Origin: Parcubacteria bacterium C7867-001 | GTDB lineage: Bacteria > Patescibacteriota > Minisyncoccia > Phycocordibacterales > Phycocordibacteraceae | Assembly (NCBI GenBank): GCA_001189095.1 | Contig: LFCK01000001.1 | Coordinates: forward strand, 84,485-148,484 | Reading direction: 5' to 3' | Length of the DNA: 64,000 nucleotides | In this document: piece by piece, positions 16,215 to 24,801 of the stretch | Position numbering within the stretch: position 1 is the stretch's first letter | Layout: the number at the start of each line of letters is the position of its first letter | The notes under the pieces: model-generated | What the model saw: the letters and a program-made list of their open reading frames with translations, nothing else | Databases searched by the model: none | What the model was told of the DNA's origin: nothing | Made by a program: the position numbers and the translations under genes

Positions 16215-17978
16215 TTACTTCGTGAGTTCAAGCTCGAGGTCGTCGAACTTCTTCACTCGCGGGAGCAGTTTTCCCGCACCCGGCTCATACTCGAGCCGGA
16301 CGCGGTCCTTCGCTTCCGCATACTTCACTTCGGGCGAGAGCGCCGACAGGATTGAATACTCCTGACTCGCTTTCCCGACTGTGAGCAGCATCCAGCGGCT
16401 CTTGCCGTCTGGATTTTCCGCGATGCGCACGATGACGCCTTCCGCGGTAGCTGTCGTGACCGTTTTCTGCTCGAACGCAGCGCCCGGCTTTTCTTGCAGC
16501 GCATCTTGGTAGAGGCGCAGCGCATCATCGATCGACTCGGACGCAGCAACGATTTGGTAATCGCGCACACTCGCAAAGGCATACATCCGCGGGATGCTGT
16601 CGTTGCCCGAGAGGGTCATGAAGTAGGTCGGGACGCCACCCATGTTGTAGAGGATGGCTTCTCCCGCCCCATACCGAGCTTTTTTGACTTCCGGATAATT
16701 CTCCACGGAACTCCGTGAAGCATCCTCGATCGCGCCGGGGATTTTATACCGCCGGACTTCCTTGGTCTTCGTATCGATGAGGATGAACCCCGTCGTCGAT
16801 TGATCGTTGCCGACCGAGGTGATGCCGGTGTACCAGTACGTGCGGCCATTAACTCCCTCCACGAGGTGGAGGAAATCGGTCGACGTCTGATACATACCGA
16901 ACTTGCTCGTCCAGCTGTTCATCCAGCCGCCGACGAATCGGCCCTGGTTGTCGAACTGTTCGATTGCCATTCCTTCCGGAACGACGCGGTCAACCCATGC
17001 TGGCACGTTTTTCATGTTGTACCAGTTGGTCGCACCGGTCGAGGGGTCAACGACCACCACGCCCGTTGCGTCGTCACCGCTGAAGCCGACGCGTTTCTGG
17101 TAGGTCGTCACGACCCACCATGGCTTGCCGGCGTCATCGAGCTCGAAGGTCGGTTCGGTAAGACCGAACCCTGCGTATCCGTGCCCCCGAAGGTGCCGGA
17201 TGAGGTAGTCGTTCCAGTGCGCGCCTTCCGCCATATAGCGAAGGTCGACCGGATTGCCGTTTACCGCGGTCACCAAGAGCTTGCGCTCCGGATCACTTGC
17301 CGACACGAGCACGTAGCCGTGCGTCGCATGGTTCGTGAACCAACGGAAGAATCCGCTGTGGACGAGCGGCGCCACCCAGACGAGCTCGTGCTCGAAGCAG
17401 ACTTTCTGCGGCGCCAAAGCGCCGAGCGTCGTCGCTTCGAAGCATCCGTTCATCTGCGAGATGTGCATCCGGCCGAGGTCCACTTGGGAACCAAGGCCTT
17501 GCTGCTCACCGAGCAATTTGTCGGCGATGCGAACGGCATACACGCCGTTCACGACACGCAATTTCTTCGTGTCGATCGGCGCCACGTCCTTGTCGAACGT
17601 CTGTGCTTCTTTCACAGGACCCATGAGGTCACGGTAGCCCTCCCAGCGGAAGAGCGGATCCGTGGTCATGAAGCCGACGATCCAGAAGCCAATGATGACG
17701 CTGACGAGGGCGCCGAAGCCAGTGATGTTTGGAGCTTCGTAGTCCGAACGAATGCACCCGAAGGCGCAGCCGATGGCGAACGCGAAGAAGCAGAGGTACC
17801 AGCACATGCTGAACCAACCGTTCACTGCCGGCACGAAGCTCCAACCGGCGAGGCCGATCAGGAGCCCAGCGACGACCGCCGAAGCGATATAGGCGCTTCG
17901 GTATTTCGAGAACGAGACCAAGCAGCCGAGCACGGCCAAGGCCGCACCGAGGGCTGCGTATATGAGGAATATTTCCAA
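16215..17978 (-). CDS. Conserved-looking membrane protein with large extracytoplasmic domain (cassette type)
   Basis: 4 N-terminal TM; LVWVAPL..SGFFRW and PAWVDRV motifs; TTGACC-17-TATAAT (18049-18021); hairpin about 16162-16190. Confidence 0.8.
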   Translation of the reverse strand: MEIFLIYAALGAALAVLGCLVSFSKYRSAYIASAVVAGLLIGLAGWSFVPAVNGWFSMCWYLCFFAFAIGCAFGCIRSDYEAPNITGFGALVSVIIGFWIVGFMTTDPLFRWEGYRDLMGPVKEAQTFDKDVAPIDTKKLRVVNGVYAVRIADKLLGEQQGLGSQVDLGRMHISQMNGCFEATTLGALAPQKVCFEHELVWVAPLVHSGFFRWFTNHATHGYVLVSASDPERKLLVTAVNGNPVDLRYMAEGAHWNDYLIRHLRGHGYAGFGLTEPTFELDDAGKPWWVVTTYQKRVGFSGDDATGVVVVDPSTGATNWYNMKNVPAWVDRVVPEGMAIEQFDNQGRFVGGWMNSWTSKFGMYQTSTDFLHLVEGVNGRTYWYTGITSVGNDQSTTGFILIDTKTKEVRRYKIPGAIEDASRSSVENYPEVKKARYGAGEAILYNMGGVPTYFMTLSGNDSIPRMYAFASVRDYQIVAASESIDDALRLYQDALQEKPGAAFEQKTVTTATAEGVIVRIAENPDGKSRWMLLTVGKASQEYSILSALSPEVKYAEAKDRVRLEYEPGAGKLLPRVKKFDDLELELTK

Positions 17979-18049
17979 GGGAAACCCCCTAACTCAAAAG
18001 GACGAAAGTGTCCTAATGTGATTATACTATAATATAGTTAAAAGGTCAA

Positions 18050-18604
18050 TTAGTGCGGATGAGCCTTATTGTACTCGGCGATTTCGCGCATGATGGTGTC
18101 GCGGATGTGGGTGGGGCGCTCAAGTCCGGTCATGACGAACTTCTCTTCGGCGCCAGCACTCTGCACCTCAACGGTGCCGAAGCCGAAAATGGTATGGAAG
18201 AAACCGGTGATGTTGGTGGTCACGTCCTGCACACGCGCGAGCGGAACACTCGAGACTTCGCGGCGGAAGTAGCCGGTCTGCTCAATATCAACGATACGAG
18301 TCGAGGTGATGACCCATTGATTCAGGAAGAAGCGCGTGAATGCGCTGAAGAATTTAAACCATGTGAAGAGCCACCACGTGCCAAGGATGAAGCGCACCCA
18401 TTTATTGTCGAGAGCGAGGTATTTGGTGAAATCGTAAGTTGCGCCAAAGGTGCCGCCCGCGATGTAATCGAGAAGAAGAATCGGCAGCCATGCGATGAAG
18501 GCGTAGGCGATGGCATACCCAATGAGAATGAGCCAATGCTTCCTCACCACAAGGATGACTTTCTCGCCCGGTTCAAGCTCAAATTCTGGAGTGGGATTAA
18601 ACAT
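18050..18604 (-). CDS. Bacterial PH-domain (bPH_2) membrane protein
   Basis: VRKHW, WVITSTRIVDIEQ..VQDV..FGTVEVQSAG. Confidence 0.85.
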   Translation of the reverse strand: MFNPTPEFELEPGEKVILVVRKHWLILIGYAIAYAFIAWLPILLLDYIAGGTFGATYDFTKYLALDNKWVRFILGTWWLFTWFKFFSAFTRFFLNQWVITSTRIVDIEQTGYFRREVSSVPLARVQDVTTNITGFFHTIFGFGTVEVQSAGAEEKFVMTGLERPTHIRDTIMREIAEYNKAHPH

Positions 18605-18607
18605 AGG

Positions 18608-18871
18608 TTAGTGGAGACCGCTCGTTATGAAAAAAAGGAGGTTCACGGTCACAAAAAGGTGCGCCACTATCGCCGGAAGCGCAATCCATGAGTGCCGACC
18701 GAAACGGAACCAGTGATACACCGCGATGAGCGTATACACGGCCCACCAGATGAAAATGATGGCTAAGATGACGGCGATGACGTCCGCGCCGTTAATGATG
18801 TTGTTCGACCATGGCGAAGGAGGAACGACGAACGACGGAACAACGACGTTCGAGGTGGATGATGCGTCCAT
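18608..18871 (-). CDS. Small 2-TM protein
   Basis: IAVYHWFRFG motif, translationally coupled to prmC. Confidence 0.7.
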   Translation of the reverse strand: MDASSTSNVVVPSFVVPPSPWSNNIINGADVIAVILAIIFIWWAVYTLIAVYHWFRFGRHSWIALPAIVAHLFVTVNLLFFITSGLH

Positions 18872-19611
18872 TACGGATAGTATCCCACGACCAGTCGTGG
18901 GCGACCATATGGGTCATTGTGCAGTTCGGCTCGCTCTGCGCCGCCTGCGAGGAGAAGTTCTTGCGCTCGTTCGATGTTGTCGATATCGCACTCTATCCAG
19001 ATGCTTCCGAGCGGCGCGAGGTATTCACGTGCTTCCGCTACGACGCGTTCGATAATGGCGAGGCCATCGGGCCCCGCAAAGAGTGCTTCAGGTGGCTCAA
19101 ACTCGGTGACTTCCTCGCCGAGCTCGCGTGTATCAGGAATATACGGCGGGTTCGTCGCGATGATATCGAACTGCTCTCCGGCAAATGCTTCGAAAAGATC
19201 TCCCGCGCGTATGCTTGCGCGGGACGCATCGAGCTGGTTTTCAACAAGATTCTTTTCGACGAGTGCTGCGTGCTCAGGGATGAGTTCACCAAAAGAGACG
19301 CGCGCGTTCGGGCAGTACTTAAGAACGGACAGACCGATGGCGCCCGAGCCGGCGCAGAGGTCGAGAACGCGGAGCGGCTCGTTACCGATTCGCTCGATGA
19401 GCGCTTCCGTCCACCACTCGGTTTCTGGTCGTGGAATAAGCGGGCGCGAGTCGAGATTTATTTTGAGTTCGAGAAAGGGAAGCCAGCCGATGACGTAGGC
19501 AAGCGGCTCGCCTGCGGCGAGTCGCGCAACGTCGTCCGCAATATCCGCGTTTTGATCGCCGTCATATTTATCTTGAATAAGCGCCTGAATATCCTCCTGA
19601 GCGACCTCCAT
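18871..19611 (-). CDS. prmC: Release factor glutamine methyltransferase (HemK)
   Basis: GEPLAY, LIPRPETE, LDLCAGSG, NPPY. Confidence 0.95.
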   Translation of the reverse strand: MEVAQEDIQALIQDKYDGDQNADIADDVARLAAGEPLAYVIGWLPFLELKINLDSRPLIPRPETEWWTEALIERIGNEPLRVLDLCAGSGAIGLSVLKYCPNARVSFGELIPEHAALVEKNLVENQLDASRASIRAGDLFEAFAGEQFDIIATNPPYIPDTRELGEEVTEFEPPEALFAGPDGLAIIERVVAEAREYLAPLGSIWIECDIDNIERAQELLLAGGAERAELHNDPYGRPRLVVGYYP

Positions 19612-19634
19612 ATATGGGCTATACTACAACGTAT

Positions 19635-20093
19635 ATGAAAGGAATGTTCTGGAATATCTTTTTCCTCGTGTTCTTCGCCGTGCTCGTGCTCTTCGGCTAC
19701 GGCTGGCTGTATGACAATGCACGGACACCGGACTGGATCTCGCTGGGCGATTTCTTCCTCATCGTACTCGCCATTTTCCGCCTCGTGCGCCTTGTTTCGT
19801 ATGACCTCATCCTCCACTTCTTCCGCGATTGGCTCGCAAAGGCTCCTGCAGATTCTTTTCTCGGAACGCTCTCGGCGTTGGTGCATTGTCCGTGGTGCAC
19901 CGGCCTTTGGTTCTCTGGCTTCGTTCTCTTCTTCTACTACGCAACGCCGTTTGCGTGGCCGATCATCCTCATGCTCGCACTCGCGGCCCTCGCTTCAATC
20001 CTTCAAATTCTCGCGAATCTGATTGGCTGGACTGCGGAATCAAAAAAACGTTCGGTTGTTGGGCAACAAAACTCAACCTCTACCTGCGGATAA
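19635..20093 (+). CDS. DUF1360 membrane protein
   Basis: LAIFRLVRLVSYD..CPWCTGLW. Confidence 0.8.
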   Translation: MKGMFWNIFFLVFFAVLVLFGYGWLYDNARTPDWISLGDFFLIVLAIFRLVRLVSYDLILHFFRDWLAKAPADSFLGTLSALVHCPWCTGLWFSGFVLFFYYATPFAWPIILMLALAALASILQILANLIGWTAESKKRSVVGQQNSTSTCG

Positions 20094-20128
20094 AAGAAAA
20101 ACTCCCGTCGAAACGGGAGTTTTTCTTT
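20093..20128. terminator. Bidirectional intrinsic terminator
   Basis: AAAGAAAAACTCCCGT-cgaa-ACGGGAGTTTTTCTTT. Confidence 0.85.
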
Positions 20129-20145
20129 CGGGGAACTAGAGGGGT

Positions 20146-20496
20146 TTAATAACCGCCTCCGTAACCACCGCGGTCGTTGCCGCCGCCGTAGCCACCACGT
20201 CCGCCGCCGAAACCACCTCCGCCTTCGCGGCGAGGAGGACGGTCACCTTGCGGGCGAGCCTGAGAAACCGAGAGCGTGCGCCCATCGAATTCTTTGCCGT
20301 CCCAGCGGTCGATAGCTGCCTGTCCGGCTGCTTCATCCGCCATTTCGACGAAACCGAATCCGCGTGAGCGGCCGGTCATACGATCCATGATAATACTGAC
20401 GGACGCTACCTGACCTGCTTCTTCAAAAGCGGTGCGGAGCTGATCGTCTGTCGTGCTGTACGGAATACCGCCGACGTAGAGCTTGCTTGTTGCCAT
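20146..20496 (-). CDS. RRM RNA-binding protein with Gly-rich tail
   Basis: KLYVGGI (RNP2), RGFGFVEM (RNP1), RGG tail. Confidence 0.95.
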   Translation of the reverse strand: MATSKLYVGGIPYSTTDDQLRTAFEEAGQVASVSIIMDRMTGRSRGFGFVEMADEAAGQAAIDRWDGKEFDGRTLSVSQARPQGDRPPRREGGGGFGGGRGGYGGGNDRGGYGGGY

Positions 20497-20718
20497 GTGG
20501 CTAGATTGAATTTTCGAATAACCTCGCCGAACTCATATGCTGTGGAGCGGCGTTTGGCCGCGCAAAAGCTCCGGATACTGCGAGTTAACCCCATTATGCT
20601 ACAGAGTTCATAAAATCGCAAGTTTTCAAGCGTGGCCTGTGGATTACGAATTCATGACTTGACATAAGTATATATTCATGATAATATATAGTTTGGTCAA
20701 GGAACAGAAAGGAAACTC

Positions 20719-20919
20719 ATGTTCTTACGTGCTTGTGGGTCCATGCTCGCGACGTTCGCCCTGGTCACTGTTGTGGCCTCGGGAATCATCGTGGGAGGCA
20801 ACCACCTCGTAATCGCCACCTCGCCCTTCGACTACCAGCTCCCGCTCGTGGATGCATTCAAGATCGCCGGAGTCATTGGCTTCATCGCGGCTTGGTTCAC
20901 CCCGACGCAGATTCGGTAA
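20719..20919 (+). CDS. Small 2-TM orphan (cassette type)
   Basis: TTGACA at 20659, AAAGGA SD, hairpin GAGCGCCCGCT..AGCGGGCGCTC downstream. Confidence 0.6.
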   Translation: MFLRACGSMLATFALVTVVASGIIVGGNHLVIATSPFDYQLPLVDAFKIAGVIGFIAAWFTPTQIR

Positions 20920-20978
20920 GTCCGACGTGCGCAGGAAAAGAGCGCCCGCTACTACAGCGGGCGCTCAATCGTTTTCTT

Positions 20979-21614
20979 TTATATCGCCATCTCTCCTGTG
21001 AGAGACACTTCGTTTTCACCGTCCCATCTGATGTGACCTTGCACCACAAGGTTCGTGATGCGCGGTTGCCAGAAGTGCTCGGCGTCTTTTACGCGTTTAC
21101 CGAGCGTTTCCGGTGTGTCGTCGGGATCGATGCGAACTGCATGTTCGAAGAACACTGGTCCGCGGTCGTATTCCGGTGTAACGAAGTGCATCGTCACCGC
21201 GCTTACGCTCACGCGTCCTTCTCGGAAGGCTACAAGCACTGCTTCGTGCACGTATTGGCCGTAGAGACCTTTGCCGCCAAACGCAGGAAGCGGCGCCGGA
21301 TGGATGTTGAACGTCGTTCGTGGATTGAGCCCGCGAACGGGTTTCAGCCATCCTGAGAGCGCCACAAAATCCGGTTTGTATTCTTCGACGAGTTTCCAAT
21401 ATCCTTCAGCACTCCACGACATATCGTAGAAGTGCGAAAAGGGAACGTGGAGTCGTTCCGCGCGTTCGCGGACGCCGCCGTTTGCGTGGTTCGAAACGAC
21501 GCCGACGATGTCGGCTTTGAGCGCGCCCTTTGCTGCGTGCTCAACGAGATTCTCGAACCCCGAGCCGCCGCCCGTAAGCGAGCCTGATGCGAACACCAAA
21601 AGCCGTGGTTTCAT
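20979..21614 (-). CDS. purN: Phosphoribosylglycinamide formyltransferase
   Basis: LVFASG..GSGF, NIHPAPLPAFGG, TMHFVTPEYDRGP. Confidence 0.85.
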   Translation of the reverse strand: MKPRLLVFASGSLTGGGSGFENLVEHAAKGALKADIVGVVSNHANGGVRERAERLHVPFSHFYDMSWSAEGYWKLVEEYKPDFVALSGWLKPVRGLNPRTTFNIHPAPLPAFGGKGLYGQYVHEAVLVAFREGRVSVSAVTMHFVTPEYDRGPVFFEHAVRIDPDDTPETLGKRVKDAEHFWQPRITNLVVQGHIRWDGENEVSLTGEMAI

Positions 21615-21701
21615 TTCTAAAGTTCCTTTCCATGGAAGAGGATGGATTCCCATTCGGCGATTGTCAAACTGATACCCCATCCATGCGATAGAATGAAGGG
21701 A

Positions 21702-23060
21702 ATGGACGTGCTCACGCTCTCCCGCATCCAGTTCGCCGATACGGCGATTTTCCATATTATCTGGCCGCTTCTTTCCATCGGCCTCGCGTTCTACCTCGTG
21801 CTGATGGAGGGCATGTGGCTCCGCACGAAGGATGCAAAGTTCTATCACCAAGCGCGTTTCTGGACGAAAATCTTTGTGCTCACGTTTGCGATAGGCGTCT
21901 CGAGTGGTTTTCCTCTTTCCTTCCAGTTCGGTACCAACTGGGCGGAATTCAGCAAGGCGGCTGGCAGTTTCTTCGGCAATATCCTTGGATTCGAAACGAC
22001 GATTGCCTTTACACTCGAAACCGCATCGCTCGGCATTTTCCTCTTCGGCTGGAAGCGCGTTCCGAAAATCATCCACTTCCTTTCCGGTGTCGGCGTGTTC
22101 GTCGGCGCTTCGCTCTCGGGCTTCTGGATCGTCGTTGCTAATTCATGGATGCAGGTGCCGCGCGGCATTCACATGGAGGACGGGAAAATCATCGTCGACA
22201 ATTATATGGAGGCTATCTTCAATCCATCGTCCCTCGTTTCCTACGGGCATATGTGGCTTGCCTGCATCGAGACGACCCTCTTCTTTATGGCCGGTCTCTG
22301 TGCGCTTGCGCTTCTCAACAAAGCGAAGGAGAGCGCGTTTTTTCTCACCGCATTTAAATACGTGCTCGGGCTCATGCTCATCGTGACCCCGCTTCAAATT
22401 GGCTTTGGACACCTCATTGGTTTGGTTGTTGCTGAACATCAGCCAGCCAAGCTTGCAGCAAGCGAGCTGCACTGGGACGTGAACAAGCCGGGGGATGGGG
22501 CTGCATGGAACATCATTGCGTGGCCGAATGAGGAAGGAACAGGGAACGCGTTTGAGCTCGGCATTCCCGCAGGCCTCTCGCTTATCGTGACGGATTCGCT
22601 CACGGGCACCGTGCAAGGACTCAATGAGTTCCCGAAAGATGAGCGTCCGAATGCTATCGAAAGCACGATAACCTTCTACGCATTCCGTGTAATGGTTGCT
22701 ATCGGCGTCATTTTGCTTCTCCTTTCATTCCTTGGTGCGTGGTACTGGTGGAAGAAACGTCTCACGGTCGAAGGCGTACAGAAAGATCGTTTGTTCTGGT
22801 GGCTCTTCGTGGGGGCGTTGCCGCTCGGATTCATCGCAACCGAGGCGGGCTGGGTCGTGCGCGAAGTCGGCCGGCAGCCATGGGTCATGTATCACCTCCT
22901 TAAAACCTCAGACGCTGTCTCTGCGCATCTGGAGTCTTCAGTCATAAGTCTCTTCATCATTGGGCTCACAACCATTTTCGCCATCATGTTTATTTTGTTC
23001 GTCTTCTTCACGTATCGCATCGTTCGTGCGGGCCCTGATCTTTCCGCGCCTGTACCATGA
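21702..23060 (+). CDS. cydA: Cytochrome bd ubiquinol oxidase subunit I
   Basis: SRIQFA..FHIIWP, FQFGTNW, ANSWMQ, HQPAKLAASE, GWVVREVGRQPW. Start chosen 7 nt after TAGAAT. Confidence 0.95.
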   Translation: MDVLTLSRIQFADTAIFHIIWPLLSIGLAFYLVLMEGMWLRTKDAKFYHQARFWTKIFVLTFAIGVSSGFPLSFQFGTNWAEFSKAAGSFFGNILGFETTIAFTLETASLGIFLFGWKRVPKIIHFLSGVGVFVGASLSGFWIVVANSWMQVPRGIHMEDGKIIVDNYMEAIFNPSSLVSYGHMWLACIETTLFFMAGLCALALLNKAKESAFFLTAFKYVLGLMLIVTPLQIGFGHLIGLVVAEHQPAKLAASELHWDVNKPGDGAAWNIIAWPNEEGTGNAFELGIPAGLSLIVTDSLTGTVQGLNEFPKDERPNAIESTITFYAFRVMVAIGVILLLLSFLGAWYWWKKRLTVEGVQKDRLFWWLFVGALPLGFIATEAGWVVREVGRQPWVMYHLLKTSDAVSAHLESSVISLFIIGLTTIFAIMFILFVFFTYRIVRAGPDLSAPVP

Positions 23061-24055
23061 CCGAATCTATCCTTCCAATCATCTGGTACTTCATCATCTG
23101 CGGCGAACTCGGTCTCTACATCCTGCTTGATGGCGCAAATCTCGGCATCGGCATCCTTTCTCTTTTTCCGCAGAAGGAAGAGGAGCGGGGAATCATGATG
23201 CGACTCTTGGGTCCGATTTGGAATGCGAATGAAACGTGGCTGCTGGTGGCAGCCGGCTCGCTCTTCGGCGCATTCCCTCTTGTATATGCAGTCGGCCTCA
23301 ATGCTCTCTACATACCGGCTGGTGTCATTCTCATCGGTCTTGCACTCCGCGCTGTGTCGTTTGAGTTCCATGCCTACGCGAACAATAAACGCTTCTGGAG
23401 CGGCATGTTCGGTGTTGCGAGCGCCATTCTCGTTGCGGGGCAAGGACTTGCGCTCGGAGGCTTACTGAGCGGCGTGAAAGTGGTTGATGGGAAGTTTGCA
23501 GGAAGCTTGTTCGACTTTGCGACGCCCGTTACGTTCCTCATAACCATCGGCATTTTCTTTAGTTACCTCGTACTGGGCTACGCCTACCTCATTCGGAATT
23601 CCTCGTATCAAAATTCAAATGAGACCTTTCCGCGCATTCTGATTGCGGCGGGAGGAACATTCATTGCACTGCTCGGCGCCACATTCCTCCTCCCAGAAAC
23701 GAACTACGTGTTTTTCGATCGTTGGACCATGTCGCCGACGATGTACTACCTCTTTGCGCTCGCGGGTGTTATTGGGTTTGTATCGGTTACGCTTGCGTAC
23801 TACGTCATCAAGAAAATACATCTCGAGCGCGTGTACTACTTGTGTCTCGGTATTTTCGTTTTAGGCGCACTTGGGATGCTTATCGGCACCTATCCGTATC
23901 TCCTCCCCGGTTCGATAACCATTTTCGAAGCGGCGTCTCCAGACTCGACGCTCTCCTTCATGCTCTGGGGTATCGGCCCGATTCTCCCCATCATCCTCCT
24001 CTACAACTTCTATCTCCATAAGATTTTTGCGAGAAAAACAGAGGGTGGGTACTAG
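23057..24055 (+). CDS. cydB: Cytochrome bd ubiquinol oxidase subunit II
   Basis: YILLDGANLGIG, PIWNANETWL, LRAVSFEF; overlaps the cydA stop. Confidence 0.93.
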   Translation: MTESILPIIWYFIICGELGLYILLDGANLGIGILSLFPQKEEERGIMMRLLGPIWNANETWLLVAAGSLFGAFPLVYAVGLNALYIPAGVILIGLALRAVSFEFHAYANNKRFWSGMFGVASAILVAGQGLALGGLLSGVKVVDGKFAGSLFDFATPVTFLITIGIFFSYLVLGYAYLIRNSSYQNSNETFPRILIAAGGTFIALLGATFLLPETNYVFFDRWTMSPTMYYLFALAGVIGFVSVTLAYYVIKKIHLERVYYLCLGIFVLGALGMLIGTYPYLLPGSITIFEAASPDSTLSFMLWGIGPILPIILLYNFYLHKIFARKTEGGY

Positions 24056-24143
24056 CGCGGCTCGGGGTTAATTGACTAATGGCATAAAGTATGATATATT
24101 AAGGTTAACCCCATGTGGGGCAAACCAAGGAAAGGGTCCTTAC

Positions 24144-24743
24144 GTGCAACAACCTAATCCTGCAAAATGGACGCTTGGTCCGATTGATCTCTCGTTCTTC
24201 CAGAACGTCAGTCAGTCGTTCATGCGATTCCATGACCGGCACATCTTTGTGCGTGCCGTGTCGCAACTCGTCGTCGTTCTTTCAATCATCGCTGGCGGCC
24301 TCGCGGCCTGCTACGGCCTCATCGCCATGATGTTTGGCGTTGCCAACCTCGTCATGAAGATGCTGTCTATCGGCGACGCAACGTCGCCGTACTGGGCGTA
24401 CGCCCTCTTCGGCATTGGCGGTCTCGCGTTCGCATACGCGTGCTGCGCGTTCGTCGTCTTCGTCGGGCAGGCTGTTACGCAACGGACGCTCCAAGTGCTG
24501 ATTTCGGGGTTCTGCATCCCGGGCGGCTTACTCTTGGCGTATGCCGGATTCGGGATGGCGCAGGTCCTCGACCTGCTTCACCTGAACTTCTGGCATATGT
24601 TCGGCTACGTCGACGCTGTGGGCGTCTTCTTCGGCTGGGCGCTCGGGCTGGGCGGTTTATGCATGGTAGTTTTGGGGGCACTCGTTGCCTTCATGTCGCC
24701 AGCTGAATTCGTCGAGTATCGCGCTCGCCAAGCGACGGTCTAA
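24144..24743 (+). CDS. Hypothetical multi-TM protein (cassette type)
   Basis: TTGACT-17-TATATT (24072-24100), GGAAAGG SD-like before GTG, hairpin 24776-24799. Confidence 0.65.
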   Translation: MQQPNPAKWTLGPIDLSFFQNVSQSFMRFHDRHIFVRAVSQLVVVLSIIAGGLAACYGLIAMMFGVANLVMKMLSIGDATSPYWAYALFGIGGLAFAYACCAFVVFVGQAVTQRTLQVLISGFCIPGGLLLAYAGFGMAQVLDLLHLNFWHMFGYVDAVGVFFGWALGLGGLCMVVLGALVAFMSPAEFVEYRARQATV

Positions 24744-24801
24744 CCATACGGTCGCACGGACCTTTAACTCGTGCACAGGGTCACCGCAAGGTGGCCCTGA
24801 A

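Noticed and set aside
21615..22076. 154-aa N-terminal extension of PurN in the ORF track
   Set aside because: It is antisense to cydA; PurN homology starts at ATG 21614.
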